Shown: positions 50,161-60,635 of the stretch, in pieces
Layout of the letters: each line of letters begins with the position of its first letter
Position numbering within the stretch: the stretch's first letter is position 1
Source of the DNA: Spirochaetia bacterium
Lineage (GTDB): Bacteria > Spirochaetota > Spirochaetia > SP-2023
Assembly (NCBI GenBank): GCA_965225855.1
Contig: CBDDCK010000005.1
Location: 1,760,001 to 1,824,000, forward strand
DNA length: 64,000 bases
Direction: 5' to 3'
The notes under the pieces: generated by a model
What the model was told of the DNA's origin: nothing
The model's input: the letters and a program-made list of their open reading frames with translations, nothing else
Database searches by the model: none
Program-made: the position numbers and the translations under genes

Positions 50161-50226
50161 AGCTCTTCCCGTATTTAGGGCGAGCTCTGACCGTATTTAG
50201 TCGGGGCTCTGACCGTATATTGCCCT
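50161..50226. repeat. Three 22-bp units upstream of mod
   Basis: AGCTCTTCCCGTATTTAGGGCG / AGCTCTGACCGTATTTAGTCGG / GGCTCTGACCGTATATTGCCCT. Confidence 0.75.
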
Positions 50227-50555
50227 AGCAATTCACGGAGATAACTTTGCTTGTTTTGTTAAATTGCTAAAGCTATTTGCCAAAATTATTTGCTGTAAGG
50301 CGCTCTTGGGGGCTCTGTTTGGGTGGGGGCGTTTGGGGAAATTGTTGCGTGATGGCCTGCTTATGGGGCTTTCAAACGATCGCTCTGCCTATTACTCGAT
50401 ATAGGTATAAAAATAGTTTTTTCAACGATCAGCTCTATAAGCTTAGTGAAAATTATTTTCTATATTTACAACATTTCATTATACTTTCGTTTACAAAGTT
50501 ATTGAATACATTCAAGAACAACATAAATATAAAAAACCCTTAGACTATTCTAAGA

Positions 50556-51575
50556 CTATTCTAATTCAAAATCTGAAGACTCTTGCGGAGATTCTAAGTC
50601 GCAAGTATTATTTTTTAAGTTACGATAATAAATCTTTAATTCAGCCTCTGGAATGCTCGTCAACTCACTGACTTGTTGGAACGTCAAAGCATGCCTCATA
50701 TGCAAAAACCGGAAGCGCAAACTATTCAAAATTTGATAGAGGCGTTGTAATTCATCTCGATGCTGCTGCATCACTTGTTGGTCTATTTCCTCTTGTTCTT
50801 GCCTTTTTTGAAATAAACGTTCCTCTTTAAGGTAGTTGAGATAACTATGTTGCAATTTCCGATTGAGTTCATTCTGCTTGGAGCGATGTTGCCCTAAGAG
50901 CAATTCACGCTTTTCAATTAAACCCCAATAGTATGCTACTTGCCATTGGGCTTGGGCTAGCAAAAGCTGTAAGCATTTTTTATCTATATCTATTTCATTA
51001 CATATAAGTAATATTCGCAATACTTTATACAATTCCAGTTTCTTTTTTGCTCGAGAGCTTTGGCTCTCTAATATTTTTTGTGCTATATCTAAAAGCGTTC
51101 TGCCTTTAGCCTGGTGTTGCTGTAATGAAGGCAATACAACAACACCGTTATTGGATTCTGTAACAGTAGAATCCAATTGATCTTTGCCGTAATGATCCTG
51201 ATAATCCACCACAGCCGTCTGATCGAAAGTTGTCTCGCTACAATATGTATAAATTTTGTTATTTCTTTCTTGCTTTTGCTGCTGAATTTTGGCAAAGTTC
51301 TTTCTATAGGTTTTGAATAAAAAGCCTATATAAGATTCTAAGGGTACTTCTTTTTGTTCAAAATTGGTTAACGCTCGCAAAAAAGTTTCGCGATACTCTA
51401 GCAAAAATTCACTCAAGCTATCGCGATCATCATGGAAATACGTTCTTTGGCTTTCATACATTAACGTTTCCACATAATGTATAAATTCTTCTTTCTGTAA
51501 ATGCTGCTTTAATAATTTTGTATTATGGAAACAGTCGCGATAATGTGGGGGGAATATATTGATAAAATCAAACAT
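50556..51575 (-). CDS. Hypothetical helical protein with C-terminal HTH (possibly sigma-factor-like)
   Basis: C-terminal LTFQQVSELTSIPEAELKIYYRNLK; coiled-coil middle; AAGGAG RBS. Confidence 0.45.
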   Translation of the reverse strand: MFDFINIFPPHYRDCFHNTKLLKQHLQKEEFIHYVETLMYESQRTYFHDDRDSLSEFLLEYRETFLRALTNFEQKEVPLESYIGFLFKTYRKNFAKIQQQKQERNNKIYTYCSETTFDQTAVVDYQDHYGKDQLDSTVTESNNGVVVLPSLQQHQAKGRTLLDIAQKILESQSSRAKKKLELYKVLRILLICNEIDIDKKCLQLLLAQAQWQVAYYWGLIEKRELLLGQHRSKQNELNRKLQHSYLNYLKEERLFQKRQEQEEIDQQVMQQHRDELQRLYQILNSLRFRFLHMRHALTFQQVSELTSIPEAELKIYYRNLKNNTCDLESPQESSDFELE

Positions 51576-51809
51576 GTTTTAACTCCTTATATCGTAAAGT
51601 AAATAGATACAGATATGTTTCATTGTAGTTAGTACAGTTTCGACATTTGCTTGTTTTAATTTTACAGTCAATTGGTTTTATTACCATTTTATTTGAGGTA
51701 AGGTATTGACAAGCCCAAATGCTAACCCTTAGAGCAGCGAACTACGATAATTGTATTGTGGTTTTTTCACTATTCAATGCTAGAAACATTAGCGCAAAGT
51801 CTACTATAA

Positions 51810-53543
51810 TTGGCTACTATGATAAGCGAACAAACAGATTTTATCCGTAAGATTGTTGCAGAAGACCTAGCTAGTGGGCGATGCCATAAAGTGGTAACGC
51901 GCTTCCCTCCAGAGCCTAATGGTTATTTGCATATTGGGCATGCCAAAGCATTGAGTATCAGTGCAGATATTGCTAGCGAACATAATGGACAGTTTATTCT
52001 GCGTATGGATGATACCAATCCCGTAGGTGAGGAGCAGCGTTTTATCGATGCTATCCAACAAGATTTGGCTTGGTTGGGCTTACCTATAGCGAATGCAGCA
52101 GAAGAATTGCGTTATGCTTCAGACTACTTTGATATATTCTATCAATTTGCCTATTACTTAATCGAGCAGGGTTTAGCCTATGTTGATGGGCTAGATAGTG
52201 AGATGATGAATGCTTACCGTGGCTCACCTACTATACTGGGGCAGGACTCTCCTTATCGGCAGCGGCCTATTGCTGAAAGTTTGGCTTTGCTTGCAGAAAT
52301 GCGTCAAGGCCAGCACCCCGAAGGCTCTTATACTTTGCGTGCGAAAATTGATATGCAACATGTCAATGTCCATATGCGCGACCCTGTTATCTACCGTATC
52401 AAATATTTACAACACCCGCGCTTAGAGCAACAATGTTGCCTGTTCCCCATGTATGATTTTGCCCACCCGTTAGAAGATGCCATCGAAGGCGTTAGCCATT
52501 CGCTCTGCTCGCTCGAATTTGAGAACCACCGCCCTGTATACGATTGGTTTGTGGCCCAGTTTTGCGCCTTTCGCCATAGCCTAAATATGGCGCAGTTGCC
52601 GCCCAAGCAATACGAGTTTGCCCGTTTGGCAATGAGCTACACAACCATGAGTAAACGCACCTTGCGCGCTTTAGTGGAGCAAGGGCTGGTTTCTGGTTGG
52701 GACGACCCGCGCTTGCCCACCATTAGCGGTATGAGACGGCGGGGTTTCCCAGCCCCGGCCCTACTGGCCTTTGTGCGTGCGGTGGGGGTAACCAAAGTAC
52801 CCAGCACCATTGGTTTAGACTTTCTATACCATCATGTGCGAGAGTATTTGAACCAGCATGCATTGCGCCGCTTTGCGGTACTCGACCCAATTAAAGTGGT
52901 GCTGACAAACTACCCCCAAGGCCAGAATGAACAGTTCTGGGCCGAAGACAACCCCGAAAGTAATAGTGGCAGCACTCGGCCCTTGGACTTTAGCCGCGAG
53001 CTATGGATTGAAAGCTATGACTTTATGGAAGAGCCACCAAAGAAATACTTTCGTTTGGCCCCCGGCAAGGAAGTGCGCCTCAAGAATGCTTATTATATCA
53101 CTTGCGATAAAGTGATTAAAGATGAGCAGGGCTTGGTTACTGAATTGCACTGTAGTTACGATCCGCAATCGCGCGGGGGTGGTACGGCTGATGGGCGTAA
53201 GGTAAAGGGCACTATCCATTGGCTTTCGTGTAAATCGGCTAGGCCTGCCGAATTCCGCCTCTATGATTTGCTGTTTCATCGTGAAGATATGGTCAACTTA
53301 GAAGAAGGTAAGACCTATGTAGATTATCTGAACCCTGCTTCCTTGGTGGTAAAGCAGGGCTATATTGAACCGTCTTTAACTATGCTAAGTTGTAAAGAAC
53401 AGCAGCATGCTATGCAGTTCCTACGTTTAGGTTACTTTGTTGCAGACTCTGTAGACTACCGCCCGCAAAGGCCAGTATTTAACCGTGCAGTGGCTTTAAA
53501 AGACGCATGGGCAAAAGCATGGGCAAAACTAAGCAAAAACTAA
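51810..53543 (+). CDS. glnS: Glutamine--tRNA ligase
   Basis: TRFPPEPNGYLHIGH, MSKR, GWDDPRLPT, VKGTIHW. Confidence 0.96.
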   Translation: MATMISEQTDFIRKIVAEDLASGRCHKVVTRFPPEPNGYLHIGHAKALSISADIASEHNGQFILRMDDTNPVGEEQRFIDAIQQDLAWLGLPIANAAEELRYASDYFDIFYQFAYYLIEQGLAYVDGLDSEMMNAYRGSPTILGQDSPYRQRPIAESLALLAEMRQGQHPEGSYTLRAKIDMQHVNVHMRDPVIYRIKYLQHPRLEQQCCLFPMYDFAHPLEDAIEGVSHSLCSLEFENHRPVYDWFVAQFCAFRHSLNMAQLPPKQYEFARLAMSYTTMSKRTLRALVEQGLVSGWDDPRLPTISGMRRRGFPAPALLAFVRAVGVTKVPSTIGLDFLYHHVREYLNQHALRRFAVLDPIKVVLTNYPQGQNEQFWAEDNPESNSGSTRPLDFSRELWIESYDFMEEPPKKYFRLAPGKEVRLKNAYYITCDKVIKDEQGLVTELHCSYDPQSRGGGTADGRKVKGTIHWLSCKSARPAEFRLYDLLFHREDMVNLEEGKTYVDYLNPASLVVKQGYIEPSLTMLSCKEQQHAMQFLRLGYFVADSVDYRPQRPVFNRAVALKDAWAKAWAKLSKN

Positions 53544-53599
53544 TTACAGGGCCAATAAAATAAGCATAAGCAATTGGGTAAAATAAAAAAGGACAATAA

Positions 53600-54884
53600 A
53601 TGATTCAAAGCACCATAGCCAACAGAACCATATTTTGCCACGACAATATAGATATATTACAGGGCATCAATAATGATACTATTGATTTGGTTTATCTCGA
53701 CCCGCCCTTTAATAAAAATAAAGTCTTTACCGCTCCTATCGGCTCTAGTGCCGAAGGCGCAAGTTTTCGTGATCCTGGTACGATGAAGACATCAAAAAGG
53801 GGTATCTTACTTTAATCGCGGATTTGTATCCTACTTTGTATCAATACCTCAAAGGAGTCGAAGAGATAGAAAGTAGAAGTCATCGCAACTATTTAATCTA
53901 CATGGCTCAAAGGCTTTAGAGATTAAGCGGATACTGAAAAGTACCGGCAGTGTCTATCTCCACTGTGATAACACAATGAGCCATTATCTGAAACTACTAA
54001 TGGATTGTGTTTTTGGGCATAGTAACTTTAGAAATGAGATAGTGTGGTGTTATAGCCGACCCTCTGCACCTAATTAAAGGCAGTTATCAAGTCAAAGGCA
54101 GTTATCAAGAGTCCATAATACGATATTTTGGTATAGTAAAGGGCCAAGTTGGATTTTCAACCCAGATGAGATTAGGCAAGCCTATGCCCAAAGTAGTAAA
54201 GAACGAGAAGGATATGTAGCCAATACTTCTAAAATGACCGATGGCACTCCAGTACAATTATCTCAAAAAGGCAAGTTTCCAGAAAGCTGGATTTATATTC
54301 CGCCACTAAAAGGTAATGCTAATGAATATGTAGGCTACCCCACGCAAAAGCCTTTGGCCTTGTTGGAGCGAATTATCAAAGCGAGCAGCCATGAAGGCGA
54401 TCTTGTCCTAGACCCTTTCTGCGGTTGTGCTACTACTTGTGTCGCAAGCGAAAAATTAGGTAGGCAATGGTTGGGCATTGATGTTTCGGTTAAGGCCTAT
54501 GAGCTAGTTCAGGAAAGACTGCAAAAAGAAGTGGCCAATCCGAATAATTTACTGCAATACAAAAATGAAATTCACTTCAGTACCCAAGCTCCAAAACGAA
54601 CCGATATTGGTGAAGCTTATCAGCTTAAAAAATGGCTCTATGTTATTTCTAACCAATCCTATGAAGGCGAGTATAAAGTAGGTATTGCCAGCGATTGGCA
54701 AAAAAGGCTAAATTCCTATCAAACTAGCGACCCGAATAGGGGCTATAAGATAGAGTATAAAAAGCAAAGTACACGTTTCCGGGCTTTGGGAAAGCATATC
54801 CACGATAGTTTTGAAAGCCGGCACGAGTGGGTACGGGCCAACTTAGAAGATATTATAAAAGCTATCCATGATTTTGAATCTTAA
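53600..54884 (+). pseudogene. Disrupted DNA methyltransferase-GIY-YIG/T5orf172 fusion (paralog of 54900)
   Basis: N-terminus LDPPFNK near-identical to 54900; frameshifts near 53770 and 53915; duplicated 16-mer at 54076-54109; C-terminal part still open (54234-54884). Confidence 0.88.
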
Positions 54885-54899
54885 AAAGAGTGTTTATCC

Positions 54900-56357
54900 A
54901 TGCAAAGCACCCTGAAAAATCGCACCATATTTTGTAGAGATAATCTTGATGTATTACAAGGCATCAATAATGATACGATTGATTTGGTCTATCTCGACCC
55001 GCCTTTTAACAAAAAGAAAATTTTTACCGCTCCAATTGGCTCCAGTGCCGAGGGGGCAGGTTTTAGCGATATATTCCGCGAAGAAGATGTGAAAGAAGAG
55101 TGGCTATTGACCATCCAAGAAGATAGCGAAAAACTGCACAACTTTTTAACTGGCATTAAACAAATAGATGGAAGAGCTTCTTATAACTTTTGTTATTTGG
55201 CTTATCTTTCTATCCGCTTACTAGAATGCCACAGAGTGCTAAAAGAGACCGGGAGTTTATATCTTCACTGCGACCCCACAATGAGCCATTATCTTAAAAT
55301 TGTGTTGGATTGTATTTTTGGCGAGAGTAACTTTAGAAATGAGATAGTGTGGCAACGCAATGATAGCCGAGGTAAAGGGAGTCAATATAAATCTAAAAAA
55401 TTTGGTGCCAATACAGATAGCATTTTATTTTATACTAAAACCGATTTATCTTGCTTTTATCTTTATGAAGATGTATCCGATGAAGAAATATATCAAAAGT
55501 TTCCTAAAGTTGATGAAAAAGGCAGAAGATATAATACCGGCACCCCAATATTTCGTTCTAAGTCCATGGGTGCTAGACCTAATCTATGCTATGAGTGGAG
55601 AGGGTTTCAAAATCCCTACCCTGCTGGCTGGCGATTGAGCAAAGAGCGATTAGAAGAAGAGTGTCAAAAAGGCAATATTATCATTAAATCAGATGGTTCA
55701 CTGGAGCGCAGAAAATATCTTGCAGATTATCAGGGTGTACCAATAGATAACAATTGGACAGATATACATAGAGTCAGCACACACTCTCAAGAACGTACAG
55801 GCTATCCCACCCAAAAGCCTTTGGCACTATTGGAGCGGATTATTAAAGCAAGCACCAATAAAGGCGATGTAGTGCTAGACCCTTTTTGTGGTTGTGCCAC
55901 AACTTGTGTCGCTTCTGAAAAACTGGGCAGGCAGTGGATTGGCATAGATGTTTCAGTACGAGCCTATGAGCTGGTTAAGAAAAGATTGCAAAGGGAAGTG
56001 GCCAATCCGAGTAATTTACTGCAATACAAAAATGAAATTCACTTCAGTAACCAAGCCCCAAAGCGAACCGATATTGGCGAAACTTATCAACTCAAGAAAT
56101 GGGTTTATATTATTTCCAACCAATCGTATGAAGGGGAATACAAAGTCGGCATTGCCAATGATTGGCAAAAAAGACTAAATTCCTATCAAACCAGCGACCC
56201 GAACAGAGACTATAGAATAGAATATAAGGTATTGACCCCACGATTTAGAGAACTAGAGAAGCATATCCACACTGTATTGGATAGCAGGCACGAATGGGTA
56301 CGGGCTAATCTAAAAGCTATAATAAAAGCCATAGATAACTTTGAAACTTGTGGATAA
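54900..56357 (+). CDS. N6/N4 DNA methyltransferase fused to a C-terminal GIY-YIG/T5orf172-like nuclease domain
   Basis: YLDPPFN, YPTQKP, DPFCGCATT; C-terminal WVYIISN..YKVGIA..WQKRLNSYQT...ELEKHIH...HEWV. Confidence 0.85.
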   Translation: MQSTLKNRTIFCRDNLDVLQGINNDTIDLVYLDPPFNKKKIFTAPIGSSAEGAGFSDIFREEDVKEEWLLTIQEDSEKLHNFLTGIKQIDGRASYNFCYLAYLSIRLLECHRVLKETGSLYLHCDPTMSHYLKIVLDCIFGESNFRNEIVWQRNDSRGKGSQYKSKKFGANTDSILFYTKTDLSCFYLYEDVSDEEIYQKFPKVDEKGRRYNTGTPIFRSKSMGARPNLCYEWRGFQNPYPAGWRLSKERLEEECQKGNIIIKSDGSLERRKYLADYQGVPIDNNWTDIHRVSTHSQERTGYPTQKPLALLERIIKASTNKGDVVLDPFCGCATTCVASEKLGRQWIGIDVSVRAYELVKKRLQREVANPSNLLQYKNEIHFSNQAPKRTDIGETYQLKKWVYIISNQSYEGEYKVGIANDWQKRLNSYQTSDPNRDYRIEYKVLTPRFRELEKHIHTVLDSRHEWVRANLKAIIKAIDNFETCG

Positions 56358-56508
56358 AAAGAGAGTGAAATTGAACATCTTGACAAAAAATACATGGTAA
56401 AATTACTATATAGTTTACTGTAGAAAATTCCAGTAATCCGCGTTATAGGTTTTGTTATTCTAAGGCCACCTTAGAGCACAAGTAATCGTAATCGGCTATT
56501 TGGGTGTG

Positions 56509-56935
56509 CTAGTCAACCATTTGCAGGGGCGTTACGCCATTAAATTTAGCCTCAATATCGGCCCCCAGTTTTACTAGCAACTTAGCTATTTTTGTGTAGC
56601 CCTTTTAACAGCGAGATAAAGGAGTGTAAAGCCTTTCTTGGTTTTGGCCTTTATATCGGCAGCCACATCAATCAGTAGTTTAGCTATCTGAATGTAACCT
56701 CTCAAAGTAGCCTGCAGCAGAGGAGTTCACTTATCATAAGTTTGGGTGTTTACCTGAATCCACGGGGCTTTAAACAGGAGCTTAACTATTTCCTCATGGG
56801 GTTTTCTAATAGCCATAAACTTGGGCTGCAACCCTTATCATTGAGGAGGCCAATATTGACATCGGCTTGTACTAACAGCTTGACTATGGCTATATGGCCT
56901 TTTTCGCTAACCTGTGTAAAGGGGTTTTGCCAATG
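56509..56935 (-). pseudogene. Ankyrin-repeat protein remnant
   Basis: Hand translation GKTPLH..GHIAIVKLLVQADVN..HEEIVKLL..*TPLLQATLRGYIQIAKLLIDVAADI..GYTKIAKLLVKLGADIEAKFNGVTPL, with stops and frameshifts. Confidence 0.8.
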
Positions 56936-57040
56936 CTAGCGGCAACCTATAGCTAAGGCTAGTTTGAGATTCATACTAACACTAGTCAAAGGTTGCCACT
57001 TATTTTTAGGCCAAATATCTGTTTCCTTTATATTGCTAAT

Positions 57041-58339
57041 TTATTGCGCAATAGCTGCATCGTACTGACTGAGTACACTCTGGATATGTTGCTCAATTAG
57101 TTGGGTTGCTTGCCACTGTTCTGGCTCCAGTTGCTGCACGGCTAGTGGGAAGTATTGACTGACCAAAGAGTAAGGCAATGTTATTTGCCCCAGCGCGCCT
57201 AAAAGATTTTGGCATAGCAATTGCATTTCTTCTTGAGGCCAATAGTAACGGATACGGTCGCTAAGGCTGTAGAGTAGCTTGTAAGAAATTTGTTCGGGGC
57301 TACCTCGGTAATATTTCTGCCAATGCTGGGGGTTATATTGCAAATAGTCTTGAATTTTATGGATTATCGGGCGATCTATAATGCCTTTTAGCCACCCATA
57401 GCGTTGGAGCTCTGTGGCAATATGGCTTAAAGAAAAAAGAGCTTCGCGGTAAGCATAGCTCAACCAAGGGCCTACTTTAAGTATGGCAAAATGGTTTTTG
57501 ACAAGTTCCCTAAGGCCGTGAGGCCGCTGATAGTCAGTAGAATGTGCTTCAAAAACTAAACCCAGCTCGCAAGCAAGCTGGGATAATTGTTGACTCTTAG
57601 TGGTATCAAAGTAGATAATGTCTTGATCGCCAAACTCTACCCCTGGCTGCACTACCATGGCCACAACCCTATGCTGCCAGACTTCTTCTAAACCAACGGC
57701 ATAAAAAGCTTTTTGGTGAATTTGGTAGGTTTCTTTCGCTGCCAACGGTTCGGTAGGTTTTAGAAATTCTTCATCGCCTTTACTACCTCCTGGTACAGGT
57801 ACTTCCGTGCCAATGATATAAACGGGAGCTGGGCCGAATTTACCCTCTTCCTGCCATGTGGTTTCTGCCACTAGGGCCAGTTGTGCTGCTCGTTGGGCAA
57901 CTAGTTGATCCGTAAGCGGCTGGGGGTCTCCCTTGCAAGGCATACTGGTGTCTAGGTGAATTTTGCGGAATGAAGCTTTGATATAACTGCGCACAAGCTC
58001 TATGGCTTTGCCCATAGCTTGTTCTGCCGTCTCGTTCTGCCAAGCGTTTGGCCCTAGGTGATCACCGCCCAAAACCAAGTTTTCAATGGGATAGTTACAA
58101 TATAGTGCCAACCGATGCACATAGCTGACAAAATCTTGAGGCCGCATACCCGTATAGCCGCCAAACTGGTCGACCTGATTAGAAGTGGATTCAATAACTA
58201 AAGGGTAAGGTCTGTCGCGGGCAAACAGCAGGGCACTGCGTATAACTTCTTCCTTGCTTGAGCAAACACAGTAAACTCCTCTTTGCTTATCGCTTAAATT
58301 CGATTGCAAAATTGCTTGTAACTTTTTAATGGCATTCAT
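57041..58339 (-). CDS. kbaZ: KbaZ/GatZ-family tagatose-6-phosphate pathway protein (epimerase/aldolase subunit)
   Basis: ESTSNQVDQFGGYTGM, LGGDHLGPN, YIIGTEVPVPGG, EAHSTDYQ, LKVGPWL. Confidence 0.9.
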   Translation of the reverse strand: MNAIKKLQAILQSNLSDKQRGVYCVCSSKEEVIRSALLFARDRPYPLVIESTSNQVDQFGGYTGMRPQDFVSYVHRLALYCNYPIENLVLGGDHLGPNAWQNETAEQAMGKAIELVRSYIKASFRKIHLDTSMPCKGDPQPLTDQLVAQRAAQLALVAETTWQEEGKFGPAPVYIIGTEVPVPGGSKGDEEFLKPTEPLAAKETYQIHQKAFYAVGLEEVWQHRVVAMVVQPGVEFGDQDIIYFDTTKSQQLSQLACELGLVFEAHSTDYQRPHGLRELVKNHFAILKVGPWLSYAYREALFSLSHIATELQRYGWLKGIIDRPIIHKIQDYLQYNPQHWQKYYRGSPEQISYKLLYSLSDRIRYYWPQEEMQLLCQNLLGALGQITLPYSLVSQYFPLAVQQLEPEQWQATQLIEQHIQSVLSQYDAAIAQ

Positions 58340-58362
58340 TTTCTTTTCCTTTGTTTAGGGTA

Positions 58363-59343
58363 TTATATGGTATGGTTTTCGTTGTTAAGTAAACTTGGTG
58401 CTGCAAGCTTTGCCAAAAATATGCTAGTATCTAAGCCCAGTTTTTGGGCACCGTACAAACAGGCACCTGCTACGGGATTCAGTTTTGGTGCTTGCAATAT
58501 TACCGAGTCGCAGTATATTTTTAGAACTCTATCCAGTTCGGCCACAAAAGATTTCCCAGCGCCAAAAACCCCGCCATTATAGGATAACCGTACAGGCCTT
58601 TTACCACGGTACAATCGCAGCACCCCATTGACCATTGCGGCTAATTCGCTTGCAGCTTGGGAGAATATTTCCCCAGCCGCTAAATCCCCTGCCATATAGG
58701 CTTGATATAAAAGTTGAGCCAGCTGGGCCATTTCTTTTCGTTGATCAGCCATTTGGTAGACATAGTTTATTAAGCTAAAGTCTGTTGATATTGCCAAATG
58801 TTCTTTTACTATATTGTAAAGAGGGCCTTTTTTTATACGGCCATCAGACATTTTACTAAAGAGCCGGCAAGCTTCCTTCCCTAACCAATAGCCCGACCCT
58901 TCATCACCAAAAATTTCACCCCAACCGCCGGTACGCAAATTCTGCCCCTCTTCATCCACTGCATAGGCCATAGAACCTGTACCGGCAAGAATACTTATAC
59001 CTGCTTGGCAAGCAAGTGAACCGGCCCAAGCCACTTTTACATCATTGAGCAATTCATAAGCGCAAGAGATAATTTCTGCTGCAAGCTGATTGAGCTGTGC
59101 CGTATCGACTGCAGATTCTCCGTAACCCGGAACCCCAATGCAAATAAAATCAATGTCTTTACGGTTACAAAAAGTTTCTTTGCATAGACTTTCAATACCT
59201 TCGCAGATTGTATTTTGATATGCGCGAAAACCTACTTGCTGGTAATGAATACTAGGCCGGACAAAGTAAGCTAATTTTTTACCCTCCAAGTTGCAGAGCA
59301 GAAACTCTGTTTTGCTCCCCCCGCCATCTATCCCAATAATCAT
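58363..59343 (-). CDS. BadF/BadG-type N-acetylhexosamine kinase
   Basis: GIDGGGSKT, LAGTGS, GGWGEIFGDEGSGYW. Confidence 0.85.
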   Translation of the reverse strand: MIIGIDGGGSKTEFLLCNLEGKKLAYFVRPSIHYQQVGFRAYQNTICEGIESLCKETFCNRKDIDFICIGVPGYGESAVDTAQLNQLAAEIISCAYELLNDVKVAWAGSLACQAGISILAGTGSMAYAVDEEGQNLRTGGWGEIFGDEGSGYWLGKEACRLFSKMSDGRIKKGPLYNIVKEHLAISTDFSLINYVYQMADQRKEMAQLAQLLYQAYMAGDLAAGEIFSQAASELAAMVNGVLRLYRGKRPVRLSYNGGVFGAGKSFVAELDRVLKIYCDSVILQAPKLNPVAGACLYGAQKLGLDTSIFLAKLAAPSLLNNENHTI

Positions 59344-59354
59344 ATAAGAAATCT

Positions 59355-60551
59355 TTAAATATGTGCTTGGGGCAGAGGATAGATAGTAACCCCTTGTACA
59401 ACTCTGTTCACCAATCCCGTTGGAGATGGATTGTCGGGGGCGATACTCAATTGAATAGAATTTTCTAATGCAAAGAGTTGAGCAACAATTACAGCTGCCA
59501 AAGCATAAATATAATTATTGCCTGCATGAATTTGCGGCAAACACAACAATTTATGGCAATAAATTTCTTTTTTGGGTTTTTCTCTTTCCCAATTAGTCTC
59601 TGGGCTGATTGCTACAATATAGTGCTCTCCGGTATTTTCATACATTTCTTGTAGAAGATCGTATTCATACTGCCGGGTATAAGTATCTTCGTTCATAAAA
59701 AAAAGTATTAAACTTTGGTCATAGAGCAAAGACTTAGGCCCATGCCGAAATCCTAGCGGACTGTCAAAGTGCGCTGTATGTTTACCCGCTGATAGTTCTA
59801 AAATTTTCAAATGTGCTTCTATGGCTATACCTTTCATATAGGAAGAACCTAGGCAAATGATACGTTGCTTTTTTAACTGGCAAACAGCAAGTATGTCTTC
59901 TGCTAAATTGGCTATCATTGCCTCTACTTTTAGAAAATATTCTTGCAACTGACGATTATCTTCACCAGCTCCAAATATCATTATTGCCGCCAAGACCATT
60001 GAGCTAAAACTTCCCGTCATGGCAAAGCCTAAATCGTGGGCTCCTTCCAAAATAATGCTCAAGGCATGACTTTGACTTTGATAATACTCAACTAATTCAG
60101 CTTGTGGATTACAGCACAAAATTAAATGGGCAGCGTGTTTTGCGTAAGTATCAACTATTTTGGTCGTTGCTAGGCTTTCGGGACTATTGCCAGAACGTGC
60201 GCACGACACGAGTAGAATCTCATCTTCTTTAGAAAGATAAGAGCTTGGACTACCCACAATATCTGTACTGGCAATACTAAAAACGTTTTGGTAACCAAAA
60301 TTCCGTAAATAGGGAACCACTGTATTGCCAACAAATTCTGAAGTTCCGGCACCAGTGAAAATAATTTTTGCGTGCTTATGCAAATGCGTTTTCAAAAAAT
60401 TGTCTAAAATTTGTTTTTCCCGTGCCAGAATTTTAAGAATATTTTGCCAAAGTTGTGGCTGCTGAAAAATCTCTTGTGCCGTATGTTCTGCTTTGAGCTC
60501 TTTGTATTGCTCCAAGTTTCGCTTTAAAAGTTTGCCTGCCATAAGATACAC
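59355..60551 (-). CDS. agaS: AgaS-like SIS-domain galactosamine-6-phosphate deaminase/isomerase
   Basis: TAQEIFQQP, TGAGTSEFVG, ARSGNSPES, FAMTGSFSSM, GFRHGPKS, VNRVVQGVTIY. Confidence 0.88.
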   Translation of the reverse strand: MYLMAGKLLKRNLEQYKELKAEHTAQEIFQQPQLWQNILKILAREKQILDNFLKTHLHKHAKIIFTGAGTSEFVGNTVVPYLRNFGYQNVFSIASTDIVGSPSSYLSKEDEILLVSCARSGNSPESLATTKIVDTYAKHAAHLILCCNPQAELVEYYQSQSHALSIILEGAHDLGFAMTGSFSSMVLAAIMIFGAGEDNRQLQEYFLKVEAMIANLAEDILAVCQLKKQRIICLGSSYMKGIAIEAHLKILELSAGKHTAHFDSPLGFRHGPKSLLYDQSLILFFMNEDTYTRQYEYDLLQEMYENTGEHYIVAISPETNWEREKPKKEIYCHKLLCLPQIHAGNNYIYALAAVIVAQLFALENSIQLSIAPDNPSPTGLVNRVVQGVTIYPLPQAHI

Positions 60552-60635
60552 CCTCTCATTTTAATTTTTTGACTTCATATATTTGGACTAACGATATAGT
60601 AAATTAACATAAGCTATAATTTTTTGCTTCAAGAA

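Noticed and set aside
50277..50543. 88-aa ORF between mod and 50556
   Set aside because: Low-complexity, no RBS or motif; likely spurious
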